A program made the translations under genes and the position numbers. DNA of 63,868 bases, filler included, from Octopus bimaculoides (Eukaryota): assembly GCF_001194135.2 (NCBI RefSeq). It is 4 parts of 4 records of this genome, joined end to end, with 100 filler letters (N's around TTAATTAATTAA, not from the genome) between each part and the next. Parts side by side here need not be neighbours in the genome. Positions count along the whole stretch, not along the records: positions 53,407 to 60,387 come from NC_068992.1; positions 60,488 to 63,868 come from NC_068986.1; 2 more parts are not named here. The stretch is one strand, 5' to 3'. The notes below the pieces were generated by a model that was not told the origin of the DNA, made no database searches, and saw nothing but the letters and a program-made list of their open reading frames with translations. Below, piece after piece: positions 53,307 to 63,868 of this stretch. Position 1 is the stretch's first letter. Each line of letters opens with the position of its first letter.

Positions 53307-53406
53307 NNNNNNNNNNNNNNNNNNNNNNNNNNNNNNNNNNNNNNNNNNNNTTAATTAATTAANNNNNNNNNNNNNNNNNNNNNNNNNNNNNNNNNNNNNN
53401 NNNNNN
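53307..53406. other. Synthetic 100-bp scaffold linker
   Basis: 44 N, TTAATTAATTAA (53351-53362), 44 N. Confidence 0.9.
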
Positions 53407-53576
53407 TATATATATATAATACAAATAATATATGAGTATATGTGTATATACGTACATGTATGTACATACCTACATCTACATGTATATATAGATGCATATC
53501 TGAGTACAGGACGTAGCAAAAAAACGTAGGCAAAATGATAAACGGAATATATATATATGTGTGTGTGTGTGTAGCT

Positions 53577-53812
53577 GGGCAGTGAATGGCTTTTCATTGT
53601 GGAGTTTAATAGGTCCAAGTTCTGTCGATCATGTACTTGACTCTTGTTCAACAATTTCAAGCAAGGCCTCATCTTCTACAACAGAAAGTCTCCCTGACCT
53701 TGGTTCGTCTTCAGGACTGGTGTCACCTTCCTTGAAACGCCTGAACCCATTCATTGACAGGTTCTGGGCGTTCGACATCATAAATTTCTTTTGCTGCTAC
53801 CCTTGCACTTAG
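53577..53812 (-). mobile_element. mariner (Mos1/Hsmar-like) transposase N-terminal HTH fragment
   Basis: SARVAAKEIYDVE, then a frameshift, then FRRFKEGDTSPEDEPRSGRLSVVEDEALLEIVEQESST, matching the W/F..FK.GD.SLED..RSGRP mariner motif. Confidence 0.85.
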
Positions 53813-55149
53813 TGCTGAGTGCAAGGGTAGCAGCAAGAGAAATTGCTCTTAAACAACGTTACCAACATCTTACCAGTTGGTAATGAACTCCAAATTTGGG
53901 AAAGATGATAATATTAACATAAAGTGTTGCTGGTCTTGGGCTCATGATCTTTACTTCATATCACATCCCGAACGGTAAGCATTTGCTATCCAAGAGTAGA
54001 TGCGATACATTCAATGAACAACAAGAAAATGGAGCTCTTAAACTCTCAAGATTCAACCATATATGTCAACTATGTCAGATTTTGTGGAGGTCACAAAAAA
54101 GACTGTCTTGGGATGGATATAAACATCACTATTGTTCGATATATGCATCTATATTAGCCCAATGAATATTAATGGAACTTCTACTGAGTGCAAACGCAAC
54201 ATGACTGATATAGTTACTTAGGAGAGAAAGGGGGAAACAGTTATGCCTAATTGTGCAGTTGTGAATATCTTTTCCAATCCCAGTGTGAAGGAGAATATTT
54301 GTGGAGAACTGCTCCAAACCTGTGGCTCCTTTATGCTGTCCATAAATTGATATTTATCCCAATAGTTTATAGGTGTACTTGGTTAGTAACTGTCTAAGTG
54401 TCAATCTGGGAAATCTGGAGAAAAAGAAACCTGGTCACACAAACATTAAAATACAATCTGTAAATAGAACTGCAAAAATATGCAAGAATTTTCTAAATTT
54501 GAACATGTAACATTTATCATATTCTAAATTCCAGCGACAGCACTTCTGTTCTGTGTGTCTGTGTGTTCATGTGTTTCCAAGATGATAAAAAACAAGCCTG
54601 ATTCATTGAGCCTAGTATTTGAGTATTTTACAAATATTAACAATCATAGATATGAAAAGAAAAAAACTAAATAGATTACTTTCTATTTTCCATTATATTT
54701 TAAACTACATATCAAACTTATCAAGCATGTGATTTTTAAATAGACTCAGTGTTCCGATCTATACTGTGTGAAAAAGTATGTGTGAGACAGGGGGTGGGGG
54801 AGAGAGAGATAATGAACAGAGAAGATTAAATGAAGAGAAAGGACGAAAGAAAAAGAAAATTAGAGTGAGACAGAGAGAGAGAGGGGGAAGACTTAAGAAA
54901 GAGACTGAGTGAAATTAATGAGAAATTAAAGGAACAAGGAAATTTATTTGATGCTGTAAACTGATCTTGTTTCTGTAAGACACTCATTCTGTTACCTTTC
55001 AATCTTCTTTGCTTCAGTCCTTTTATCTTAAGGAGAACTTGGATCGAGAGCTTCTTTTTTTTTCCCTCATGGACTTTTGTGAAAATTTTAAACAATAATT
55101 CATCAATAAACATCCAATTTGTTTCAAGACAAGCGGACAACAATCAATG

Positions 55150-55194
<45 letters not shown>

Positions 55195-55911
55195 CAAACA
55201 TTACTACTGTCACATTCTTTTGTCTAGCACATGAGTAGATTAACCGCTAGACTTTATTTCTTTTGTGTCGTTTATATATTCATAATTCAGAACAAATGTT
55301 ATACAAGATGTCTTTCTCCCGTAATGCTCCTCGACATCATTCTATATATATCTACCAAACGATTACCCCACTTTTAATTAAACAAAAATATTATTATTTG
55401 CTTTTTTATTTTATTTATTGACTTTGACTTATGAATTAACATTACCATAACCATAAATCTTTTCTTCGAAACAATATTATCACAAAGCAATTCCCTTTAT
55501 CAAAACAACCTATATAAAACATTGTCATTAAACACTAACAAGATATATACTTCCACATTCTGTTCTTTACACAGGAATGTTTTCTTTATTTTTCCTTTTT
55601 AACGATGTTATTTTAACTTCTTTTACAAGTCCAGTTCTTGTGGGTTAATTACAAATCTTCCATGTCTCATTCTAAAAATGTACCACTAACTAATTGTTTC
55701 TGGTTTTGGAGACAATACATAAATGTCTGTCTATTTCTATGCAGCATAGATATATACAAAAACTCCACTAAGTTTGACTTTGTATTTTATCCATTTGGGG
55801 TCGATAAAATAAGTACTAGTTGAATGATGGGTTGGTATAATAATACTATGTATCAGTATGATACATTATTCTGATTAATGAAAAGTCCTGTTGACCTAGG
55901 TGCCTTATGTT

Positions 55912-56258
55912 AAACTTCCCTTGCCACATTATAAACTGGTCTGATAGTAAAAAAAAGAAACAAAACAAAAAAAAACCTATAATAGTGGTGTCACTAAGAC
56001 CAAAGGAATCTTTATAACCATATCCTTGTATATTGTTCACCCCTTCCCTTTCCTTATAAGGAAAAGGCTGGTGCCCTCTTAAGCTTTAAATCACTAGACA
56101 AGAAACAAGTAAAATCAGTGACAGTTAAAATTCTGCTTAGAATGAATAAGTAGCCTGTTTGTTTTGGCTAAGTCGAAATGTTTTTTTGTATTCTTCCTTC
56201 CCACTTGGATTGTTTAAATGTAGTTACAACAGTAATATGTCCTTCTACTGAAATGAAA
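55912..56258 (+). repeat. 347-bp direct repeat, copy 1
   Basis: Identical to 58377-58723 except 4 substitutions. Confidence 0.95.
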
Positions 56259-57429
56259 TTTCAGTAAATGTTCTGTATCTTTGTGCAGCTGAAGATTGCT
56301 CTGCATTTTACATTTAATGTGATGCTCACATTGCTTAAATAAATGGAGTCGCATGAAACGATTGTTCTGCAGTAACCTTGAATATCCTTGTTGCTTATTT
56401 TGATTTTTGATCACCTTATTTTGGAATTGTTTGGATAATACCATGCTAAATTCTGGTGCCTAAACTTAAGTACCATATTCACCTTGAATATATATATATA
56501 GTTATTAATTGGGAATTATCAGTCTGAACAAAATGCATCTTAAGCACTCTGCTAATACATCAGGCTAACAAATGCTTTTGTGATTGGTATTGAACTCCAG
56601 GTAATCCTAAGGCAAGACCCAAAGTGGAAGTCTTTCACCAGTGAACTTTGCATTACCAAGTTAACATGGTATGTTTTTACAGAGGAAAGGCATAAATAAA
56701 TGTATAAAACCCATTAAGAGTGCCTTTTCTTGTATAGCAATTTGTGTGTGTGTGTGTGTTTGACAATCTTACCTGCAATGACACACCTGGTCTATTAGAC
56801 TAAGTCATGCTTACCATCTCACAAAGCTATTACAAGTAACAGACTCAGGATGCCAGAGGTTTGGAACAAACATAGTAACAAACAAAAATCAGCTGTGTTC
56901 AGACATGAAAAGGGATGGGTTTCACCATGTCTAAAGTGTCACAATATCCCCAGCATACAACCACCCCAAACCCCACCATTATAAATCCTTAGTTCCAAGA
57001 TACTCCTAATAAGAATTTACTGAGTCTGTATGATGGTGGAAGAGAAAGAAAATGATATGATGGGGAAGGGTGAATGTGGAAGTAAGGGAAGAGAGAGAGA
57101 GAGTGTGTGTGTGTGTGTTATGGATATCAATAATAAGTGACAGAGCAGAGAGGAAGTGCTGAGTCAATGTGATGGATAGCAAGAATGATGGGTTATTGTA
57201 AGGGATGCTTGAATACAAATAGTTCAAATGCATTGTCACACTTCATTACACTGGCAAAGTGATTGTAAAGAGATAAAATGAAAACGGTAGACAGTAGCAA
57301 AGACAGTGTTAGCGGAATTTAATACATGCATAATCAGGGAGAGACTCTCAGACACAGAGGTTAAATGTACCACCTCCGTTACCACCATTATGTTTGACAT
57401 TTATTTTTCCAAATATAAATCAATGGAGT

Positions 57430-59800
57430 GGAATGTCACATCACCTTTCACAATCACCCAACTTCTTCTTCATGGTATTTTGGCTCCTGACATCACTCTT
57501 CTCCATTTCTTCTAATGTCTTCCTTGATTTTTCTCTTCAACCAGATCCTACCACTTCCAACATTTTCACTCTTTCATACAAATTGACATCCTCTATATTA
57601 GGCTACAGAAGCAAAGTGTGCTTTCTTAAACACCTAGTCATTCTTATATTCACTTTTTCACTCAGTTTATTTGAGTTCTTTTATATACTATCATTACACA
57701 CCCTGGGGAACATGCTAGCCCCTTTCCACTAAAGCCTTTACAAATCTTCTGTATTGAAACCCCATATCTCAGTTACTATGCAGCATTGCACTTCATAGAC
57801 CTGAATCATATAATCTGCTTTTGACCCTGAATGTAAAACCTTTTGTTATCAGCATAAGTAATTGTTGTATTGACTTTTCCCACTCTTGTTTTTGATTTGG
57901 TAAATGTCCTTTCAGAACAAGCATATCCACAGCTGATTAGGTCATGAAGTTAACAAAAGTTATCAACTGTTGTTCTGAAGCATTTTGAAAATTCTAGGAA
58001 TTTATTTCCTGCCAACTTATGCATCGACTACATACGGAATCTGTTTTCTCTTTCTCCCTGATATTGGCCTCCTATTGCATTTTGTGCATCCATCATTTAT
58101 GCAAGTGACACCTAATGGAATTTCTGTCTACTTCCTTTCTGCATATTGAACATAGCTATTTCCTTAATAGTAATAGAATCTTCTTTTTATCTCTGTTTAC
58201 TAAACTTAAGTTCTGTCTAGATTTACTATGGGTTCTCTTAAATCTAGATTTCCTTTGAGGTTTAGAATCTGTTCTTTAAATCTACAGATTTAGGTATGAG
58301 AACTATACCATTAGCATTCAAGAAGTTTCCACAGGCAACTAGTTTTATATTGCTCTGTTGTGAAATGAGGGATGGCAAACTTCCCTTGCCACATTATAAA
58401 CTGGTCTGATAGTAAAAAAAAGAAACAAAACAAAAAAAAACTTATAATAGTGGTGTCACTAAGACCAAAGGAATCTTTATAACCATATCCTTGTATATTG
58501 TTTACCCCTTCCCTTTCCTTATAAGGAAAAGGCTGGTGCCCTCTTAAGCTTTAAATCACTAGACAAGAAACAAGTAAAATCAGTGACAGTTAAAATTCTG
58601 CTTAGAATTAATAACTAGCCTGTTTGTTTTGGCTAAGTCGAAATGTTTTTTTGTATTCTTCCTTCCCACTTGGATTGTTTAAATGTAGTTACAACAGTAA
58701 TATGTCCTTCTACTGAAATGAAACTCTCATCTTGCTGACAACACCACTGTATATGGCTTGCAGAGGCTCTCACAAGCCATTCATCTATGTACCCCTAGTT
58801 TTCTTACCAACTACCAGATTACAGAGTGTGGTATTCTCTCTAGAACTATCTTTTAGCAATGAATCTATCACTCTTATTCCACCAATTTTCTTTTTTGACA
58901 GGAACCTTGCTTTAGCCAAGTTTCTGGTCTGTGGTTTGCAGAAGGTTATCTTATAGCACCTTCCTGTTTTACTCTCTGTTTGAAGCCTTTAACTTTTCAT
59001 ACTTCTTGACGCCTCAGTGATTAATTCTCAGAAATTATATCTGGTGGTGGAGATCTTCAAGCTCATATCTTTGTCTTATTGACCTATCCCTCTGAGTTCA
59101 CCAACTTCTTATTCTAATGTCATTTGTGATTAGTACATTTTGAAGGTTATATTTTTCATGAATAAAGGACTTAGTGTTCACCATCAGTTTTCCATCTTGT
59201 TGCCTGGAGAGTATGAAGATCATTTAGTTTGAATTCGCACCTGACTGATATGTGAGCAGATCACTGGAAGTTTGCTGCCCTATAATCCTGAAATTAGTGT
59301 TGCAAATGGTTGTCTTTTGCTCCTTAGAACTCCAGAATCTTTGATCCATCCTCTATCTTCATAATTGTATCCTGTTTTATTCAACATGGCATTGACAAAT
59401 GTGTCTATTGAAGTCACCAGTCATGATAATAATGTCACTGCCATTCATTATCAGCATGTTCTACAAGAAGTCATCATAATTCTTCTATTCATCTGCCAGC
59501 CCTGAGCAAGGTGCTTTAAAGGCTTAAATGCTACAGTTTTATTGTCCATAATTAGTGAAAGTTTATTTATTCTGTAACATATTCTGATTGTCTTTATTAC
59601 TTTATCCATTTATCTAACAATATGTGCCTCCTCAACCTACATCCTTGCTCAGAGGAATGGCTCATTGCATGTGGGGATTTTGGCTAAGTCTCCCTTCATG
59701 CTTACATCTTGTACATAGTACGTATCTACTTGCCTCCTCTTCAACATTTATAAAAACTTCCCAGACTTTATTGCATTGACATTGAAGACCTGGGAGGAAA
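57430..59800 (-). mobile_element. Old RTE-clade LINE with most of the RT domain deleted
   Basis: APE motifs MLKRRQVD..VQDV, IMTGDFNRHI (59401-59426), ICNTNFR..LLTYQSG and DNLLQTTD..WWNK. Then TEQYKTSCLWKLL (pre-YADD), CSICRKEVDRNSIRC..WMHK..CSRC (Cys finger) and KSRKTL. Many stops. Confidence 0.8.
58377..58723 (+). repeat. 347-bp direct repeat, copy 2, lying at the RTE deletion junction
   Basis: See copy 1. Its flanks are non-adjacent parts of the RTE ORF. Confidence 0.95.
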
Positions 59801-60345
59801 AGAGAAGAGTTCGATGACAAGTGTGAAACATCATGTCCGTTTGAAAGAAAGTCTGAGCAAACATTTTACATACATTTTATATCAAATATATACCAATAAC
59901 TGACCCCAATATTCTGTAGCATCCATTTCAATGTTGTGCAATTTCTGTTACATAAACTAACATGAGAATGGAAAGGTATTTTGATTTGCATCATGAAAAT
60001 ATACCTTTATCTATATACAAACACATGCACAGGAGCACACACGCACGCACACACACACACATACTTACATTATGCAGTTAGTAGAATGTGGATGGAGAAC
60101 AATGTTTGCAGGGGATACACCAACAGAGTGCATGTGTGTGTGTTTGTGAGAGAGAGAGAGAGAGAGAGAGAGAGTGTGTGTGTGTCTATAACATATATAA
60201 TGGTACACATTCTTCTGACTCTTGCTCTAATAGTTTTATATTAAAATTTTCATGGATCAGAATTCTTACATCTATTGAAATATATAACAAATTTTATATG
60301 TATTCTAAACTGTCTTCTCTCCATTTTCCTAGTCTCTCTCTCTCT

Positions 60346-60387
<42 letters not shown>

Positions 60388-60487
60388 NNNNNNNNNNNNN
60401 NNNNNNNNNNNNNNNNNNNNNNNNNNNNNNNTTAATTAATTAANNNNNNNNNNNNNNNNNNNNNNNNNNNNNNNNNNNNNNNNNNNN
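60388..60487. other. Synthetic 100-bp scaffold linker
   Basis: 44 N, TTAATTAATTAA (60432-60443), 44 N. Confidence 0.9.
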
Positions 60488-60530
<43 letters not shown>

Positions 60531-61803
60531 TGTATGTATATATGCATATATACATACGTATACGTACATACTTACATGTTTACGTATATACATATGCATA
60601 TGTGGGCACAGGACGTCACAAAACATAAACAACAAATAATACGAAGTACGAAGACATGGAATAAGGACTTGTTTTGCAAGCAACGAAAGAAACAAATGGA
60701 AAACAAGACAAGCAACACAAAGAATGACCCTGCATCAGTTGTTGGCTGTTTTTCTAATCCGTATTTCGAGCAATTTACGACAAGGTACACCGTCGATAAA
60801 ACAGTTGCTCCCGCAAAGCAAATTACCTAAAATTTGCGATCTTGCGGAGGGTCAGGATGGTGACAAAAACAGGACAGTGAAAACAAACAGGAAGGGCTGC
60901 TAAGCCTAAACGAGGTTGTGGTGGCGAACGCGAATGTATATATAACCAGTATATATCACTCTATAAAAATCAGTTTATCTGAAGCTCATCCACGGATTTA
61001 CAATATAGAACTGTGATGAACCATAACTTGGGACCCTACCAAAAGATTACTTGGAGTTCTTCATTAAGTAATATTGTTAGGCTGGTGTGTTAACAGGGAA
61101 CTTATGANNNNNNNNNNNNNNNNNNNNNNNNNNNNNNNNNNNNNNNNNNNNNNNNNNNNNNNNNNNNNNNNNNNNNNNNNNNNNNNNNNNNNNNNNNNNN
61201 NNNNNNNNNNNNNNNNNNNNNNNNNNNNNNNNNNNNNNNNNNNNNNNNNNNNNNNNNNNNNATATATATATATATATATATATATATACATGCATACGTA
61301 CATACAAACATACATACGTACACACATATATTACATAACATAACATAATATAACGTATATAACATGCAATATCTCACAAATATAATGTTTGCACGATTAC
61401 GTTTGATGATGATCTGAACATCATCATCATCAGTATTTCAACTATTCATCACAAATGTATTCCTGGGGCATAACGGCAACATCCTTTTAAAGAAGGCGAT
61501 TTGTGCTTCACCTGCAGTTATTAGAGCTCTGAGGCAAAATGGATTGGCATTAACTAACAAGTGAAACTGGACCGTTTCCATATCCCCCTGGTGGAAAGAA
61601 TTTTCTCACTTCTCCTTTTTTTTTATAATTTACTTCGATTTTCATTCCTAATATGGATGATAGCGGTAACACAAAACATCACAGCCAAAAATACAAGATT
61701 TGCATCTTACCTGGCAATTCTCTTGGCGAAAATATAAACAGCTGTACAGTTGATCTGGAAGAAAATGAAACTAAAACGTGGTACACGTATAACGTAGTTT
61801 ATG

Positions 61804-62200
61804 TAGGGGTGGGCAAAAGTAGATATACAGTTGCTAAATATGAGCGAAGAGTTCTTTCCATTTCTCTATTTCTTTTTTTATAATAAGAATTCTTTGAATC
61901 TATGATCATTTTAACTAATTACTTTCTTTCATAAAATAATAATTTCAAACTTCAGATATTTATCATATGGCTGTAAATTTTAGCAACAATGAACGGAAGT
62001 GGATCATCAAGTGGTATTGGAAAACGGAGAATGCAGAAATGGTTAGACAGAAAGGGGACAGAAGAATTTCAAAGACCAGCTCAGTCAAGACTAACAGTTT
62101 ACAGAATACGTGACAAATTTTATTAAACTTGGTCCATCTACAATGCACAGAAAAGTGGTCAACCGGTCAGAGCTATCACTGAAGAAAATAAAATGCTTGC
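61804..62200 (+). mobile_element. Tc1/mariner 5' end (DUF4817-like HTH transposase N-terminus), truncated
   Basis: TIR-like TAGGGGTGGGCAAAAGTAGATATACAGTTG. ATG at 61967 gives MAVNFSNNERKWIIKWYWKTENAEMVRQK, then (frameshift) EEFQRPAQSRLTVYRIRDKF..KSGQP. Confidence 0.75.
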
Positions 62201-62299
62201 GGTTTAAATCTTGACTCTTCCATTCGTGCTACATATCCTGACCATCGAAGACGATGTTTCGTGATCAGCGATTCGATACTTTGACTGTTTGCTCTTTCC

Positions 62300-62842
62300 A
62301 GGACTTTGTTGTCGGTCACATAGTGTTCCCATATGATGACGGAGCCACCTTGAGCATAACACTATAAAGGAGTAAAAAAAAAATCCAGAAAAAAAAAAAC
62401 AAAAAGGCAAAAGAGAGTCACTTACTGTTATAGTTCCTTCAATAACAATGACAACATTGACCAAGGTTACCGTGGTCTTTTCCGTGGGCCTTTCTTTCCA
62501 CGGCTAAACCTAAACTGTCCTCCCCTCTTTTTACACGAGAACATTACTGTGATACACGATCCCTATTGATCCCCCTTTGTTTTCTCGATCCCTTTTGATC
62601 GAACTCCCCCCTTTTTCCTTCCTACGATCCCTTNNNNNNNNNNNNNNNNNNNNNNNNNNNNNNNNNNNNNNNNNNNNNNNNNNNNNNNNNNNNNNNNNNN
62701 NNNNNNNNNNNNNNNNNNNNNNNNNNNNNNNNNNNNNNNNNNNNNNNNNNNNNNNNNNNNNNNNNNNNNNNNNNNCAAAAAGAAAAGCTCTTCATTGTAT
62801 TTGTCCCATCTTTGTTGAGCCCTGTGTGGCTAATAAAAGAAA
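62300..62842 (+). mobile_element. L1-Tx1 3' end (ORF2 C-terminus and 3'UTR), spanning a gap
   Basis: DDGATLSITL*, then TTTCCGTGG..CCACGG, ATCCCTTTTGATC repeats and the AGCCCTGTGTGGCTAATAAAAGAAA end followed by (TATC)n. Confidence 0.65.
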
Positions 62843-63349
62843 TCTATCTATCTATCTATCTATTTATCTATCTGTCTATCTATCTATCTATCAGTCTGTC
62901 TGTCTGTCTGTATCTATCTATCTATCTATCTACCTGTCTGCCCGTCTGCCTGTCTGTCTGTCAGTCTGTGCATTTATCTATCCTTCGTCTGCCTGCCTGC
63001 CTATCTGTCTGCCTGCCTGTCGGTCTATGTATGTATGTATGTATGTATCTATCTATCTATCTATCTATCTATNNNNNNNNNNNNNNNNNNNNNNNNNNNN
63101 NNNNNNNNNNNNNNNNNNNNNNNNNNNNNNNNNNNNNNNNNNNNNNNNNNNNNNNNNNNNNNNNNNNNNNNNATGTATGTATGTATATGTATGTATATAT
63201 AGATGGATAGATAGATAGATATGCGTGTCTTTGTGTCTGTGTTTGTACATACATACATGTGTGTGTGTCTGTGTGTGTACATACATATACATATACATAT
63301 ATATATACTTCGTATACTTGTATATTTTGTCTTATAGAACAGATAAAAA

Positions 63350-63519
63350 TTGTCGTATTTCGGTAATTTCAACCAATCACTGACGTCTATTCAACTGAAT
63401 ACAGTTACTGCTGTGGCGGTGTATATATGGTTAGTCCCTGATAATTATGACATTTCCTATGAGGTAGACTGTGCGTAAACACGTGTGTATAATTTAATCG
63501 TTGAAATTGCTTATTTGTT

Positions 63520-63564
<45 letters not shown>

Positions 63565-63868
63565 TATTTTTTCATTTCTTCATTGTGTGTGTAATTTAAT
63601 CGTTGAAATTGCTTATTTCAAAAGAAAACAAACCAAAAAAGCGGATGAAATATGTCATAATTACCAGGGACTAACGATTTTGACACCGGCACAAATTATT
63701 GTTGACAAAGAACAGCAGTAACTGTATTCAGCTGAATAGACGTCAGTGATTGGTTGAAATTACAGAAATACGACAACTTTTAACATGAAATAACTTGCAA
63801 TATAGAAAGTTTTCTTAACAAGGGTAAGAGAAAAATATATTTTATATGACACATTCTACCAGTATCCC
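63350..63868. mobile_element. Long-TIR MITE; the right arm runs off the window
   Basis: 63350-63414 pairs with 63712-63776 (2 mismatches in 65). 63430-63453 pairs with 63652-63675 (1 mismatch in 24). Confidence 0.8.

Noticed and set aside
55912-58723. The 347-bp direct repeats as LTRs of a small LTR element
   Set aside because: No TG..CA termini, PBS, PPT or target-site duplication, and one copy interrupts a LINE that continues on both sides of it.
60600-61050. Repeat-like block resembling a Penelope terminal repeat
   Set aside because: It looks familiar, but there is no second copy or diagnostic motif in the window, so I did not call it.

Overview
This is AT-rich, gap-ridden eukaryotic DNA dense in microsatellites and transposable elements. 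The repeat families resemble those I recall from Octopus assemblies, so an octopod cephalopod is my inference; I ran no search. I could not identify an intact host protein-coding gene, rRNA, tRNA gene or CRISPR array. Nearly all ORFs in the supplied track are microsatellite or N-gap read-throughs. The recognisable content is decayed mobile DNA: R4/Dong-clade retrotransposons (restriction-like endonuclease) chained through (TAA)n tracts, L1-Tx1 and RTE LINE fragments, Penelope-like elements with hammerhead-like motifs, Tc1/mariner remnants, a Helentron-type non-autonomous element, several long-TIR MITE/foldback elements and at least four SINE-like families. Three synthetic 100-bp scaffold linkers are also present. 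The most interesting signals are: (i) head-to-tail (TAA)n-linked retroelement chains with a non-coding passenger family; (ii) a strongly CpG-depleted block between two linkers; (iii) a 62-nt near-perfect hairpin made from mariner transposase sequence; (iv) atypical hammerhead-like motifs; (v) a 347-bp local duplication at a LINE deletion junction; (vi) a candidate promoter and first exon near 2.7-3.0 kb. All counts are by hand.
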